A stretch of 64,000 nt of DNA, taken from NCBI GenBank assembly GCA_004764695.1, contig SMSO01000031.1:224436-288435 (forward strand). The letters are read 5' to 3'. The translations under genes were made by a program, and so were the position numbers. The first letter of the stretch is position 1; every line of letters starts with the position of its first letter. The stretch comes from Schizochytrium sp. TIO01. Its lineage: Eukaryota > Protista > Bigyra: Labyrinthulomycetes. The notes under the pieces were generated by a model that saw only the letters and a program-made list of their open reading frames with translations, did not search any database and had not been told where the DNA came from. This document shows positions 43,419 through 56,049 of this stretch, one piece after another.

Positions 43419-44730
43419 CACCTTCCTGCGGGGAGGTTTAAGGTAAAGCAAAGCCAAGTAAAGGTAGGTACCTAGTACTGTCTAGGTAGCCAAAAGCCAG
43501 AAAATATGCCGGAAAACACATGCAAATGACCAAGCTCAATCTCTGGTGCTACTAGCTCGCCTTTCATTGAAATAGACAACCGAGAGTGCCCAGTGTCAAG
43601 GCTCTCGAGCAGCTCTCTACGTTATACCGTTGTAGATAAAAACTCCCTTTAAATAAATAAAAAAACTCGTTCACGCGCTGCAAATTAGGAGATACCTTGG
43701 GCGCGTGCCGACAAATCATAGATAGCACGTTTCGAGCAGACGCAACTTGGAGCGGCGCGAAAACCTAAGATGGTCAGCTTGAAAATTGTGAAGTATTGAG
43801 TAGGTAACTTAAAGCAAACCAAAGTCAGTGAAGGCGGGAGGTCTGGACTTGCACCGTTTCTTAGGTTTCGAAGTCGCCGTCGAAGCTTCCAATCGCGAGA
43901 TCGCTCGATACTGTACCCGTGACCATTTCACATTTAAAAAATAAATATTTTTATTTTGAGAAAGAAGGAACAATGACAATTGAACAAAAGCTGCGATTGC
44001 TCAGCCTTTACCCTTTACTCCGCGCGAAGCTTCTCTCCGGGCGTGATGGAGAGGGCGATGCAGTGTGTACGGTTTTGTCCAGAATTGAACTTGCATCCTT
44101 AGCTATGCTGTTGTATTGTGATCCTCATTTCAAAGATCTCCAAGTCCCAGCTTTGTTTTTAAAACAATTAAAAAAAAAAAATGAGTTTTGAGATTATAGA
44201 ATGAATAAGAGGAAAAAGGTTTCCATTCGCTAATTTTACACAAAAATGAATCAGTCACTATTTTATTTAGGGTAAACTTGCAGACGCCCAGCTCTGCCAC
44301 AGTACGTACCCAAGCAAGAGCCCGGCAACTCAAGCTGTGCCAGCTCTGCGACGACCTATCTCCCGGCCGCTGATATCTGTGCAAGGCCCAGCTACCGCTG
44401 CTGGTAATGAGGTCTCAAGCACAGGCCATAAGGAAATGGACTTTGATAAAGAATTTGACAGACAGTTCATGTGTTACCTACCGAAAGTGTCTGCTCGTGT
44501 TTTCAATCTAACAGGTTCGCTCTGGACTGATTAAGGGCGACAATAGGAGTGACCAAAGAAGTGGTCATTGTAAGCAGGAGGCAGAACATCATCTGTGTAA
44601 GGCTTGGCAAAACTGAAACGCCCAGCGATGGGCAAGAACTGAAGGTCGTTTAGAAGAGGGAGCCTTGCTTCCTTTTGGGGAGAGCATTCGGGAAACGCGT
44701 GGGGCACGAGTGGCGCTGCCTGCAGCGAAT

Positions 44731-47700
44731 ATGGCCAGGACGATGAACAACTGGGCGGCGGTCTTACTGGCCACGGTCTTATTATGCTGGGTGCACCCTA
44801 GCGATGCGGATTTTCTTGCAGATTATTTTAATGAAAAGGTTTTTGGCAGTGACCCCGGTCCATGCCCTGGGCCGACAATTAATGATGATGTGTGTACAGG
44901 TGATGTCACAAATCTCCCTGACGATGTCAAGAAAATTGAAGTTTGCCTCCTGGGCGATGACACATTTTGCGATACAATCGGAAACATGGTTCGGGAAGGA
45001 AACTTTACCCTTTGGCAGCTTCAATGCTCGCACGTTTCCATCAACGACATGACTATGAGTCATACTACATCCAGCGATAACACTCTTGTGACAGCAAGTG
45101 TTGATCTTCAAAACCTTAAACTAGCATGCACAGGTCAGCTCCGTGTTGAACTTTTGAAATTGGTAATTGACGATACCATTACTATAATCACTACATTTGA
45201 GGGACCTTTTGAGTTTTACCAAGACGCTTCAGCTGATGGTGTCACTGTGGAGCTTGATATTAAGTTTGAAGCGGAGTCGGGAACTACCTTGCTTACGGAA
45301 CTGCCCAATTTAATTGAGATCCCTTATGATGATTGTAGCGTCGAGCCTGATCTCAACCTTACGCTTTCTGCCGGGGAAGATGGTTTTGAGTATCTTAAAG
45401 TTTGCCTATGGAGTGAAAGCTGGCTAGGAGACTTGCTATGTACAACTGGTCTCAAAGCGTTCACTAACAATGTTATCGGTGCTGACAATACCCTGGCTCT
45501 TCTTGTATACATTGCAGAAGGAATGCTTAGTAATATCATATGCCAGATTCTAGAAGAGAGTGCAGTTCTTGATAATGGAGATCCTGGCATTATTAATAAT
45601 ATTTGGGCTACGATTAAGGACCAGATTGACACGTGGGGCACCTCCGTCGGGCAAGACGTGGCAACATGCGATACTGAAGCTTATCTACTTAGCACCTCAG
45701 AATATACCATGATTACACAGACAGAGATCGGTAACTCCATTAATTTTAACACAAGCACGATCGTTGAGTCTGTGAGTGTAGCCCTCAATGGATGGCTCGG
45801 AGCCCCGAGCTCACAGACCAAGTACGAAGGGCGTCCTGTCATTAATGAGCTTATTGATCTGCTCACTGATCCAGATGGAACTCTTGCGATCGACCTCGTA
45901 GCCCTCGATGCTGTGCTTCAGGTTGACGATATCCCACTCAACATAACAAACATCACGGCAGCTTTGCAGGCCTTCACGTTGCAAGGTGTTGATACACTTT
46001 CAACATTTGAAATTCTTGATGTTGGAACTAGCTTGCCATTGAGTGAACGTTACCACTACTCCTTCAATAACTCTTTGGTGATTGACAGCATCACTCTGGA
46101 AATCGAAACATACCTTCTGCTTGAGCGCGGTGACTGGGTCACTGCTTCGTGCAATCTTCCCGCGCCAGGCACCTGTTCAAGTGACTCAAGTGACTTTGTA
46201 TTCAATTTCACTGTGACTGTGAGCAACATTACCTTTGACGCCAGTCTTTTGACGCTCGTGAACCCTGATGAGGTGATAGATCTTCAAGTGGGACAAATCT
46301 TTGATATCGACTACTCAGGAGAGGCCTTCGGAGCTTTTTCAGTTCTCCTGGAATGCCTTGCTCCGGCTTTCTATGCCATCAACATTACGAATATTGAAAC
46401 AAGCATCGGAAGCATTGCAGATCCCGAGCTTGTAAACTTTGATGGGACAGGCCTCTCCACGTTCATCTCAAATTCTGTATCCCTTGGCACTGATGTGGTA
46501 AAGGGCGCTTTAAGAACAAAGTTCCCTGGCATTGCAAATGGCCCTATGCGGGAACTCTTCAACGAGGTTCTCCTGGAGAATGTAACCTTGGCGGGTCGAG
46601 CAGGTACTCAAGCATGCCCCGCATGGGAAGGCCCGTCAGGTGATGGTCCTACCGAGATCGATTTTAGCGGATCTCTTTTTGCACCCGTGTACGCCCTTGT
46701 TAATGAAGGTGTTGGCGGGAATCCGATCACAGATAATGATGTGAACTTGAATAAGCTCCTGGAAACATTGTTGGAATATAACGAAGATACATATCCTAGT
46801 TTCCCCTTTGAAAGTACAGGTCTTCCTGAAGGTAGTTGGGCTCTCAAGTCCGAGTACAACTCCAACGGAATCTTAGAGTCTTTTGATGACTCGTCAGATT
46901 ACATTCAATTTTATGACTTTACAGTTGGCAACCTCAACTCTATCTACAAATTGTTGCTTAATAGCACAGATGATGGCCTCAATATTGGTTTTGGACTTGG
47001 TGGAGCACTGCTTGCTTCCGATGGCTCTGGGCTTGAAGCGATTCGTCCTCTTAATTTGTCGATAGCGTTCAAAGCAGAAGTCCCCAGCCTTGGCATTCAC
47101 GAGGTTGCAACATTCGTTCTTAGTATTGAGGAACTTGACATTGATTTTGTTCTTTCCAAGCTTACAATCGACTTTGATCTCATCTATGCTCTCTATTTCA
47201 GCGAGCTGAGTAATATTCCTTGTCTTTTGGCTGCCATCAAGGACTTACAGTTCATTAGCGCAGGTGATCAAGCTTCTCTCGGAAGTCTGTCATTTACCGT
47301 ATATCGGAACGAATCTAACTCAGATCCAGCAACGAACAAGGTCTCTACTGCACTTGCTTCTCTTTCCACTGAACAGCCTGGAACACGTGCTGCTGCGCTC
47401 ATCACTACTATTTTTGATATTCTCGTTGATAAGGTTCTTGACGTTGTTGAGGAAATTCCAGAATCTTATGAAAATCTTACGGCTACAACTTGTACAAATG
47501 CCACAACTGTCCTCGATGAGGTGACTGACCTTTTGGATTTAGGTTTGCCAAATATTACTGAAACAATCGTGGAATGTACTGCTTCGATTGGAAATATTTC
47601 GAGCATTGAGGAAACGGAGCAAACGGTGTATAAAGGTGGGGATTTACCAGACCTTTTGAATCTCAAGGAGTCATTGATTGTTTCCACAATTGAAAGTCTC

Positions 47701-50700
47701 ATCAATATGCTCCAAGGTGATACACTACAAGCTGTTTTTACAGCGCTTGGTAATTCATCTGGAAATGCTCTTTCTGATCTTTTTGTGCTCGATGATCCAT
47801 CAGATCCTGAAAATGGAAACGTAACATTCGTGTTTCCTCTGTCGTCCCTTAATCTAGATCTGAATTACACAAACGAGGATCCTGGTTTTATTTTCAATGC
47901 AGGCACTCTCCGTATTAAATCGGTGAATAGACTTCTCAAGTCGTTTACGCTACTCGATCCGATTGGTACCATGACAACACGAAATACTATCCAGTTTAGC
48001 GAAGATAATCCTCTGGATATTTCCGTTGATTCCACGTTGCAGCTTGATGGTGAGGCAGCAGGCGAAGCAGCTGGTACGACCATCACAGAAAACATCACCC
48101 TTTCAATGCAGATCACCGACATGAAGCTCGTTGTGGACCTTGTCACTGCTTTGAATTATGAAAAAATTCTTAACCTTACTCTATCACAACTCTTTTCTGT
48201 GGATGAGGAGCAGACTTTCTCCCTGGCAGAGTTTGCCTTGGATTGCTGGCTTTCTACGTATTATGAAGATGGTTTTTTTATTCGCCAAATCGATCTCACC
48301 ATGGGCACTCTATCCGGTGTTGAGGTAACCTCGACACAGGAAATTCTCAGCGCTGGGATGGAAGAAATGATTGACGCAATTGTGTACTTAGCATCCTACT
48401 TTTACTTTGACGCAATCCCCAACATGGTACAAAACTGTGCAGTGCCTTACATAAATGAGGTCATGCAAGATAGCCTTACTATTGCATCGTGCCCGGATTC
48501 GAGTGATATTGACCCCCCAAACCTGAGTGGCAACAATACCATCCTTCGTTTTGATACCTCTGTTGGCCTGAACCAGTTTCTTGAAATTTGGTTCACAGAT
48601 GTAGTTGGAGAAGATTATGCCTCTTTGAATACTGTTCTGGAAGCCGCAGCAGACAGCATCACGTGGTTTAATGACCAAGCGTCATCTTCGAATGGAGACA
48701 ACTCCTACAACGTTACGATTCCGCTTGTGTACAACGGTGTCAGCTATGGTGAAATTTACTTTCGAATTGCTGACCTTACTATTGATAACCTTGGCACGTT
48801 CACGGACCTGCGACCGTTAGTTCCTTTTGGTTCAGACGGCGAGCCACTCTACGAAGTTGTGAATTACCTAAATTTATCTTCCGTGAGTGACCGTCGTCAG
48901 CTCCTCACTTCTGAGCAGCAGCCATATACAACTCAGACAAATATTGATATCGTCGGCCCATTGACCATCTCAGCAAAGATCACCCTAAACGCATATGACC
49001 TTTTTGTTGACTACCCAAACATGGTCAATGAAATGGATATCTCAATATCCATAAGCGATCTGGTTACTGGGCTTCGCCTATTGTTACAAGTAGATATCAT
49101 CAAGCTCCTCGAGGTTCAGTTTGTCAGCTTTTCGTCAATCGAACAGATCCCGTGTCTTTTGGTACCTGTGGAAAAGCTTGTTCCCCTCGATTTCAATCTG
49201 AGCACGTCTAATGTACAGCTGTCTGTGTCATGTGCTGGAACTTGCGATTTCCCGTCGATTAATTACCTCGAGGATGGCGGTACCTTTACCAATGAGAACG
49301 GGGACGAGATCAGCGCACTCATTGATGAGTTTGTCAATTATGTAAACAACTTCATGACCACGAAGGGTGCCCAAGAGCTTATCAATGTAGCCATCGCTCA
49401 AGCAGAAACTGACTGTGCTGCAATATACGATATTGTGGAGAAGCTCACAACCTTTGATGAAACTTCGAAACAAGATGCAGCTTCGATGTTTGCCTATATT
49501 TTTCTTGGAGCTTGTGGTGTAGCCGGTATAGCTACGTTGGCTATGGTTCCTTTGCATCGGCGCCGGCAAAAGCGTGCAATTGAGGCAAAATTGGCAGGTA
49601 CCCACCCGAGTGATCGTGATACATACTTTGCTAGTGAAATGGCCCTTACTGAGCTGCGACAAAAGAGCATCTTCCAGCATCCAATCACACCTACAATCGC
49701 TCGTTTTATGATTCCGTTTGTTCAGGTCATGAATGTTGCAGGCCTTGTCATTGCGATTGGGTTCTCAGATGCAGCTAACATCATCGCAACAATGACTATA
49801 TTTGGTGCTGAAACTCAATCTGTAGCACTTGTTCCATTTACTTTATTTTCTACAATCAATGACACCTGGAATTCCGGTGCCTGGCCTTTGGCAGTTCTCA
49901 TTGCCGTGGCTTCGTGTATGTGGCCTATCACGAAAAACTTGGTATTGTTATTCCTATGGTTCGCGCCTACTACGATAGTAAAGGCTGAACGGCGCCGCTT
50001 CATTTTGGAAGTTCTCGATATGCTTGGCAAGTGGTCGTTCCTAGACGTTTTCGTCATTGTCATTACACTTGCAGCACTTAGTACATATGTTGTGGGTGCA
50101 TATTATGCTAACCTTTCATTCCTCGATGATGATATCTTCATCACAGACGTGAATGTCACCCCCGAAAGCGGCCTCACCTTGTTGGCATTTGTTGCGGCAC
50201 TTTCGTTACTGGTTAATCATTTGGTCATGTTTTACCATGACAAGGTAGCTGAGTCAAATCAGCGAAGCGAGGACCGAGCGAATGGCTATGATGACATTGC
50301 ACGTATGATTCCCAAGCGTGTCAACCGTAAAATTTCAATTATGAATTATGAGTTCACAGGGTTGACGCGCTCTGGTGCAACCCGTGTGGTTCATCCAGTA
50401 GCTGCGAAATGCATTGTAGGCATGCTTGTGCTATCGCTCGTTCTGATTGTTGTTGGCATAATCGTTCCCTTAATTACTTTCGAGCTGCGAGGTTTGATCG
50501 GCATCTTGCTGGAAGAGATTTCTGCAAATTCTACCCGACTTGATGGCCAACAGCTGAACGTGAAAACCTATTCCGTGATCTCAATGGGCCAAAAACTTTC
50601 GACTTCTCCCACATCCACCCCATTTGAGGTTCTCTCTTTGTTTTTTTTCAAGGTAATGTACGCGATTGCGGTATACGTTGGTCCCATCATTCTCGTTTTG

Positions 50701-51465
50701 ATAATGGGGGCTCTTTTTGTGTTCCCTGTGAACATGAATACAGGAAAATCTTTGTTCTTCTGGACGAAAATCGCATCTTATTGGGCCGGTTTAGAAATTT
50801 GGATGGTCGCAATGATCTTGACAATTCTAGAGATTAGTATTGTCTCACAGTTCATCACTGACTTTATTACAGACGATGTGTGCTCTCAGATTAAAGGTGC
50901 GATTGAGGTCCTCGTAACAGATGCCGACCTCGATGCCTACTGTTTCAACACGGTTGGATATTTCGAACCAACTGCAGTCATTCTCTTTGCTGGTCTCATT
51001 TTGCAGCTCGTGACCTTCTACGTTGTCACCGTCATTGCAGCAGCCGTTATGGCTGATCGCTATTATGATGCTTATAAGGGGCTCCGCTCCGACGCCAAGC
51101 CTCGGAAGATGGTTCGTTTGAACAGATGGATTCTTAGTAAGTGCACCAAGTTGCAGACCGATGAGGCTCGCGTTGGGAATTCAGCCAGCGATCGCAGCTC
51201 GGATAGTAGTTTGCTTGGTCCGTTTGCTGACTACGAGAACCAGGACGACGAAGAGCTCGTCAACCAAGAGAATTTGTGGTGCTGTGCGCCTTGCAATCGT
51301 TGGTGCGAGAACGAAAAGGGACAACGCCAAGCCGAGGCTCGTATAGAAGCTTGGCAGAGCCGCGTGGCTGTTGCTTCTGAAGCAAATCGACGTGAGTCTC
51401 CGAACCCATCCTATCTCCGACCCCCTGGAGCTCGTGCAAACAGCGTTGCTTCTATTGAGGTCTAG
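44731..51465 (+). CDS. 2244-aa membrane protein: signal peptide, about 1570-aa acidic extracytoplasmic repeat region, a TM helix, then a duplicated PqiA/LetA-family multi-pass domain
   Basis: Signal peptide WAAVLLATVLLCWVHPSDA; many NxS/T sequons; TM MFAYIFLGACGVAGIATLAMVPL. PqiA-type motifs FTLFSTINDTWNSGAWPLAVLIAVASCMWPITK...LGKWSFLDVFVIVI, and a second copy PLITFEL...TYSVISMG...YWAGLEIWMVAM. Confidence 0.85.
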   Translation: MARTMNNWAAVLLATVLLCWVHPSDADFLADYFNEKVFGSDPGPCPGPTINDDVCTGDVTNLPDDVKKIEVCLLGDDTFCDTIGNMVREGNFTLWQLQCSHVSINDMTMSHTTSSDNTLVTASVDLQNLKLACTGQLRVELLKLVIDDTITIITTFEGPFEFYQDASADGVTVELDIKFEAESGTTLLTELPNLIEIPYDDCSVEPDLNLTLSAGEDGFEYLKVCLWSESWLGDLLCTTGLKAFTNNVIGADNTLALLVYIAEGMLSNIICQILEESAVLDNGDPGIINNIWATIKDQIDTWGTSVGQDVATCDTEAYLLSTSEYTMITQTEIGNSINFNTSTIVESVSVALNGWLGAPSSQTKYEGRPVINELIDLLTDPDGTLAIDLVALDAVLQVDDIPLNITNITAALQAFTLQGVDTLSTFEILDVGTSLPLSERYHYSFNNSLVIDSITLEIETYLLLERGDWVTASCNLPAPGTCSSDSSDFVFNFTVTVSNITFDASLLTLVNPDEVIDLQVGQIFDIDYSGEAFGAFSVLLECLAPAFYAINITNIETSIGSIADPELVNFDGTGLSTFISNSVSLGTDVVKGALRTKFPGIANGPMRELFNEVLLENVTLAGRAGTQACPAWEGPSGDGPTEIDFSGSLFAPVYALVNEGVGGNPITDNDVNLNKLLETLLEYNEDTYPSFPFESTGLPEGSWALKSEYNSNGILESFDDSSDYIQFYDFTVGNLNSIYKLLLNSTDDGLNIGFGLGGALLASDGSGLEAIRPLNLSIAFKAEVPSLGIHEVATFVLSIEELDIDFVLSKLTIDFDLIYALYFSELSNIPCLLAAIKDLQFISAGDQASLGSLSFTVYRNESNSDPATNKVSTALASLSTEQPGTRAAALITTIFDILVDKVLDVVEEIPESYENLTATTCTNATTVLDEVTDLLDLGLPNITETIVECTASIGNISSIEETEQTVYKGGDLPDLLNLKESLIVSTIESLINMLQGDTLQAVFTALGNSSGNALSDLFVLDDPSDPENGNVTFVFPLSSLNLDLNYTNEDPGFIFNAGTLRIKSVNRLLKSFTLLDPIGTMTTRNTIQFSEDNPLDISVDSTLQLDGEAAGEAAGTTITENITLSMQITDMKLVVDLVTALNYEKILNLTLSQLFSVDEEQTFSLAEFALDCWLSTYYEDGFFIRQIDLTMGTLSGVEVTSTQEILSAGMEEMIDAIVYLASYFYFDAIPNMVQNCAVPYINEVMQDSLTIASCPDSSDIDPPNLSGNNTILRFDTSVGLNQFLEIWFTDVVGEDYASLNTVLEAAADSITWFNDQASSSNGDNSYNVTIPLVYNGVSYGEIYFRIADLTIDNLGTFTDLRPLVPFGSDGEPLYEVVNYLNLSSVSDRRQLLTSEQQPYTTQTNIDIVGPLTISAKITLNAYDLFVDYPNMVNEMDISISISDLVTGLRLLLQVDIIKLLEVQFVSFSSIEQIPCLLVPVEKLVPLDFNLSTSNVQLSVSCAGTCDFPSINYLEDGGTFTNENGDEISALIDEFVNYVNNFMTTKGAQELINVAIAQAETDCAAIYDIVEKLTTFDETSKQDAASMFAYIFLGACGVAGIATLAMVPLHRRRQKRAIEAKLAGTHPSDRDTYFASEMALTELRQKSIFQHPITPTIARFMIPFVQVMNVAGLVIAIGFSDAANIIATMTIFGAETQSVALVPFTLFSTINDTWNSGAWPLAVLIAVASCMWPITKNLVLLFLWFAPTTIVKAERRRFILEVLDMLGKWSFLDVFVIVITLAALSTYVVGAYYANLSFLDDDIFITDVNVTPESGLTLLAFVAALSLLVNHLVMFYHDKVAESNQRSEDRANGYDDIARMIPKRVNRKISIMNYEFTGLTRSGATRVVHPVAAKCIVGMLVLSLVLIVVGIIVPLITFELRGLIGILLEEISANSTRLDGQQLNVKTYSVISMGQKLSTSPTSTPFEVLSLFFFKVMYAIAVYVGPIILVLIMGALFVFPVNMNTGKSLFFWTKIASYWAGLEIWMVAMILTILEISIVSQFITDFITDDVCSQIKGAIEVLVTDADLDAYCFNTVGYFEPTAVILFAGLILQLVTFYVVTVIAAAVMADRYYDAYKGLRSDAKPRKMVRLNRWILSKCTKLQTDEARVGNSASDRSSDSSLLGPFADYENQDDEELVNQENLWCCAPCNRWCENEKGQRQAEARIEAWQSRVAVASEANRRESPNPSYLRPPGARANSVASIEV

Positions 51466-52179
51466 AAAGAGGTCGGCTTGCTATGACTTTGTTTCCTGGG
51501 ACTTCTGTCTCTCCCTTTACATTTTTATTTTATTTTATTTTGTCTCGGAGGCTTCTCAACTCCTTGAGCTGCTTGAGAACTCCGGGTCAAGACCTACTTT
51601 GTTTTACCTACTTTCGTAACTTATTCTATTTTGATTTTGTTGTTGTTGTTATAACCCTCAGATCACCTTTGGTTTCTCGTTCGGGTCCCCATCTTCCCTG
51701 TACTTTGTGCATGGTCCCTTACACTCGCGAATGTCAGGAATCTTACGAGGAAGCGGTGCGATTTCCATCATAAGTTCTAAAAATACATCACCATTTTGGG
51801 GAAATGTCAGAACACTACTCCTCTGCGAAAAGGCAGCTCGCCTTCAGACCTTGCCACGACCATCCGTCCCTCCCCGTATACCAGCACAGCTTTCACAACT
51901 GACTCTGACAATCGACGTGGCGATCTCCATCTCCAGTCACTCCGCTTACATGTACCTATAACATTCAACGCAAAGTCCAAAGAACCCAAAGTATGCTTTG
52001 CTCTGCCAGAATCCACTTCTTCTTTCACCAGCACCCTCCAAACCCGTTTCTGCAAGTAGAGTATTTCCCTCCCACAAGTGCATTATTTACTTTACCCTAC
52101 TTGCGACCTCCCTATAACCTACTTTCCTTACTATCCGCTCTTTCGGGTCTTTCACAGCAGTTGCTTGCTTCCAATCCTC

Positions 52180-52180
<1 letters not shown>

Positions 52181-52250
<70 letters not shown>
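52181..52250. repeat. (TTTC)n microsatellite
   Basis: About 17 tandem copies visible. Confidence 0.95.
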
Positions 52251-54091
52251 CTCTCCCTCTTTCGTTCATCCATGCTAGTCTCCACTCAGCGTTATCTATA
52301 GCACTGAATAAACATAAAGTTTTCTTTTTTCTCACTCGAGTACCCCCTAGCCGTCCTTAATGAAGTTCTACGCGAAAAGAAGTTTATTTCTTCTCGTCTG
52401 TCAGTTTGTGATTCTATTCTTGAAGAGACCAAATCGAATTGGGAGTCATTCAATTCGATGGTGCGATTCCAAAGCCGCTCAGGCAAATGCGAGGCTCTTC
52501 AGAGTTCATTCGAGGCCGCTGAGGACCTCTGCCGCCCTGACGACCACTGTGGACCTTGCAGCCCTCTTGCTCCGCGCTGAGGAAGGCTTGTTCAAGAAAA
52601 GCACAACGAACAAATCAAAGAATCAAGAAAGAAAGGATTAAAACCTCTCTCTCTTTAGATATCTTACTCAGTTTCGAGTGCTCAATTTATTCGTCTTTTC
52701 TCTTCTTTCAATTAAAACAAAATAAATTTATCTACATAAATAAAATGAAATAAAATAAATAAATAAATCTAAGCATATGCAATACTACTTCTAAATCATT
52801 ACAATAGTCTCTTGATTTCCCTTTTATAACATTTTCTCTCTTTAAAACTTAAAAACCTATTTTTAAAAATTAAATTAAATAAATAAAATTAAATTAAATT
52901 AAAATAAGCTCCAATGGACCAACGAATGAAAGACCTCAACACTCAATTCGCCTCCTGCAAGGGACTCGAAGCTGCGTGGTGAATATATCGAGGTCATTCG
53001 AGAGCAAGCAAGCCGTCGACGAGCCTCCCGAAGACCTCCCATTCACGAATGCCTCCTTCGCCGGCTGCCACCGTTGCCATTTTTACACATACATCTTCCG
53101 TTCTGACCATCGTGCGCCAGCTGTGTTTATTATTAAAGCATTTGAGGTTTAAAGGGGGTTGGTTCTAAGCAGCAGTTGAAGACACAGAACTTGAGGCTAT
53201 ATCCAAAGTCAAACGCAAAAACAAACTCGAGGGTACCCTCCAGCACCGCTCAAGCTTCGCTCGGCGCTGTGCACTGTCTTGAGCGAAGTGGGTTTGCGAT
53301 TCTTCTGGCGGAGCGGCGCTGATATGATGCGGTACAACGCTACAACTCCCATGATGAACGTTTTATATGAACGTGGGTACTCTTAATTAATTTGGGAGAA
53401 GAAATTGAAAAGAAAAGGTTGTTAACGAAAAGAAAGAAATTGGAGCAAATAAATAACAGCAAAAATGGCCAAGAAAGAAGAAGAGGAAATAACAACAGCA
53501 GCAGCGGCATCAAACAAGAACGCAAGAGCTGTCTGCCTGCGGTCGATCGCCGAGCCGCACGGAGGACGCAGCGGTCGGGGCCCTATCGAGGGCTTCTGAC
53601 GGGCCCCACGGTGTTTGGAGCGAGGCGGTCCGCTCTACTCTTCCAAACCGCGCTTGCTTTCACCGGTGGTACTTGTGCTTCTGTTGCTGCTCGTTCGCTG
53701 CTAACCGAAGTTTTTGCTCACATTAGATCCTCGCAGGCCAAGCTTCGCTGGGCTTCGGGCTTGTCCTGCGGACTTGTGAACAGAGACCGGTTCACTGGTT
53801 CCAGGGCAATCTAAGCGTCCTACATATTTCGAGGAAGTTTGTTCAGGAATTGGTGAAATTTAGCAACCAAGGTCATTCTTGTGGCTCGCGATACCTGGAC
53901 CTCCACCTGCAGGCGCTTCGTCAGACTAGAGCAACTTTCATTCCAAGGGGCTTGTTGCTTGCTCTACGAAGCCAAGTACATAAGCAAGGTTTCATTTTCT
54001 TGGTACCTCAATTTTCTCTAGGGTGAGATCGATCACAGAGGTATAGAATCTATTTCGGATTGAAAAAAGCCAACACCAGCTAGCCTTCCGG

Positions 54092-54904
54092 ATGTCCTCA
54101 ACGACAGGTCCACCGAACCCCTCTAACATCACGCTGAGTCTACACGGCACTTCACGGAATCGCCTTGACAGTAGTCTGAGCATGGACGACGCAACGGAAG
54201 ATCGAGGTCATCGACAGCACGAGGATGCTATCTTGCGCGGCCCGGCGAGTGCACGCTTCGCAGACAGCCACCACAATTCGCAGCGGCATCCTTTTCTTCA
54301 AAGTAATGATGACTTAGAGGTCACCATGAACCAATCCTCCTCACCAACCACAGCCTTGCGAAGAGGCCGACCTCAGTTGTCGAACCTGGACTCATTAACT
54401 GTGCAGATGGATATTTCCGAAATTGAAGATTATCTTTTCCTAGGCGCCAAGACGGTCAGCCAGGACGTAGATGCCTTGGCAGAAATGGGAATTTATCATA
54501 TCGTCAATTGCACTATTGAAAGCCCAAATCACTTTGAAACCCGCGGTGTGACGTACCTCCGAGTGTCTGTAGAAGACTCGCTGGAAGCAGACATTGGTCC
54601 GTATCTTGAGCCTGCACACAAGTTCATTGAGCAAGCGCGAAGCAATGGTTCAAAGGTTCTTGTGCATTGCACGATGGGGATGAGCCGTTCTTCCACCATC
54701 GTTTTAGCGCATCTTATGTATAATGGAATGCGGCTTAAGGATGCCATGATCTTGGCTAAGAAGAGACGCTCTAATGTATCTCCAAACAGCACCTTCATGG
54801 CTCAACTTTTGGACCTCGAAAAGTCTTTATTCGGGTCCGAAAGTATTGACTTAACACTTTACAAGGACTCTCGTTTTGGCGACGTGTCTGCCTTCGCATG
54901 CTGA
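54092..54904 (+). CDS. Dual-specificity protein phosphatase (atypical DUSP)
   Basis: EIEDYLFLGA, IYHIVNCT, general-acid VED, active site VHCTMGMSRS (HCx5R), KRRSNVSPNSTFMAQL. Confidence 0.95.
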   Translation: MSSTTGPPNPSNITLSLHGTSRNRLDSSLSMDDATEDRGHRQHEDAILRGPASARFADSHHNSQRHPFLQSNDDLEVTMNQSSSPTTALRRGRPQLSNLDSLTVQMDISEIEDYLFLGAKTVSQDVDALAEMGIYHIVNCTIESPNHFETRGVTYLRVSVEDSLEADIGPYLEPAHKFIEQARSNGSKVLVHCTMGMSRSSTIVLAHLMYNGMRLKDAMILAKKRRSNVSPNSTFMAQLLDLEKSLFGSESIDLTLYKDSRFGDVSAFAC

Positions 54905-56049
54905 TCAATTCATACCCATTACATCTATGGCTGCTCATTTCTTGCAATCAATATCACAATTTCCCTTGCCTCATTCTTTGTTTTTATTTCTTTCTCAAAT
55001 CAAAGAAAAGGATCTAATTTGAGATAAAGAAAACGGCGCGACTTTATTTCTCCAATCAGGACGGCGTCTTCTTTTGGTGCAGTTGTAGCTGTTGCACTTC
55101 TTTTAAGGTTTGTGTCTCCCCTAATTTCCACCGACTGGATGATGAGTGCTAATTGAGTGATTTATTTGGGGTTCTTGAATTTAAATAAGTACTAGATTAT
55201 TTGATTTTGACTAGCTAGAAATACATGCTTGACTAAAAACACCAACTTAAACCAAGATTGCAAAGACCGAAGGTAGCCACTTGGACTTACAAGAAAGAAA
55301 AGAGAAAGATTAGATTCTTTGATATTTATTTGTCTAGTGCGAAATTATCAAGTTTAAGACGTAGCTACCTTCAGAGCTATCAAAAGTAACAGAATAAATC
55401 TCACGTATAAATTTCGGGTTGGAATAAGGAAACAAGGAAATGCCAAAGGAAAAACAGCGCCAGAAAGAAGTACTAAAGAAAAAAAGGGGTGCTGAGAATT
55501 AGATATTATGATCGTGATGCGAAGAAAGGTAGGGGGTAATTGCAACAACAATTGAAGACGCATTATGAAACGGCAAGCTGTAAATCCCATCGCACAATCG
55601 TTGCTTACGAGGGGGGGCGGGGGGTTATTTGCTTCTAGAAACTACGACCTAGTTTTGGTCAAAAAAATTCGGTGTGAAAGACACGACAGTGAATATTATC
55701 TTGCCCTTATCCAGAAGACTTTTCGTACTGATTTGGCATTGTTTCTGGTCTGCTCGTTTATTTACTTGCTTACGTGAAACCGCTGTTCACATTTACACTG
55801 AACGCAAACTCGACATTAGAAAGAAAAACTGAATGAAAGGAAAATGGGACGCTTCTTTCCCTCTAAACGCACACTCAATCCTAAACTCCACTGCATATAA
55901 AGGGCACACATACCCTACATACCAACTAGATACAGCGGCGACAGATAAACTTATCGAGTAAGACACGGGAAGTAAAATGAAATAAGTGAGTATGATTCGC
56001 ATGATGTCTCATGAAGTACAACACTGGCATATCGACGATGGGAGAAATA

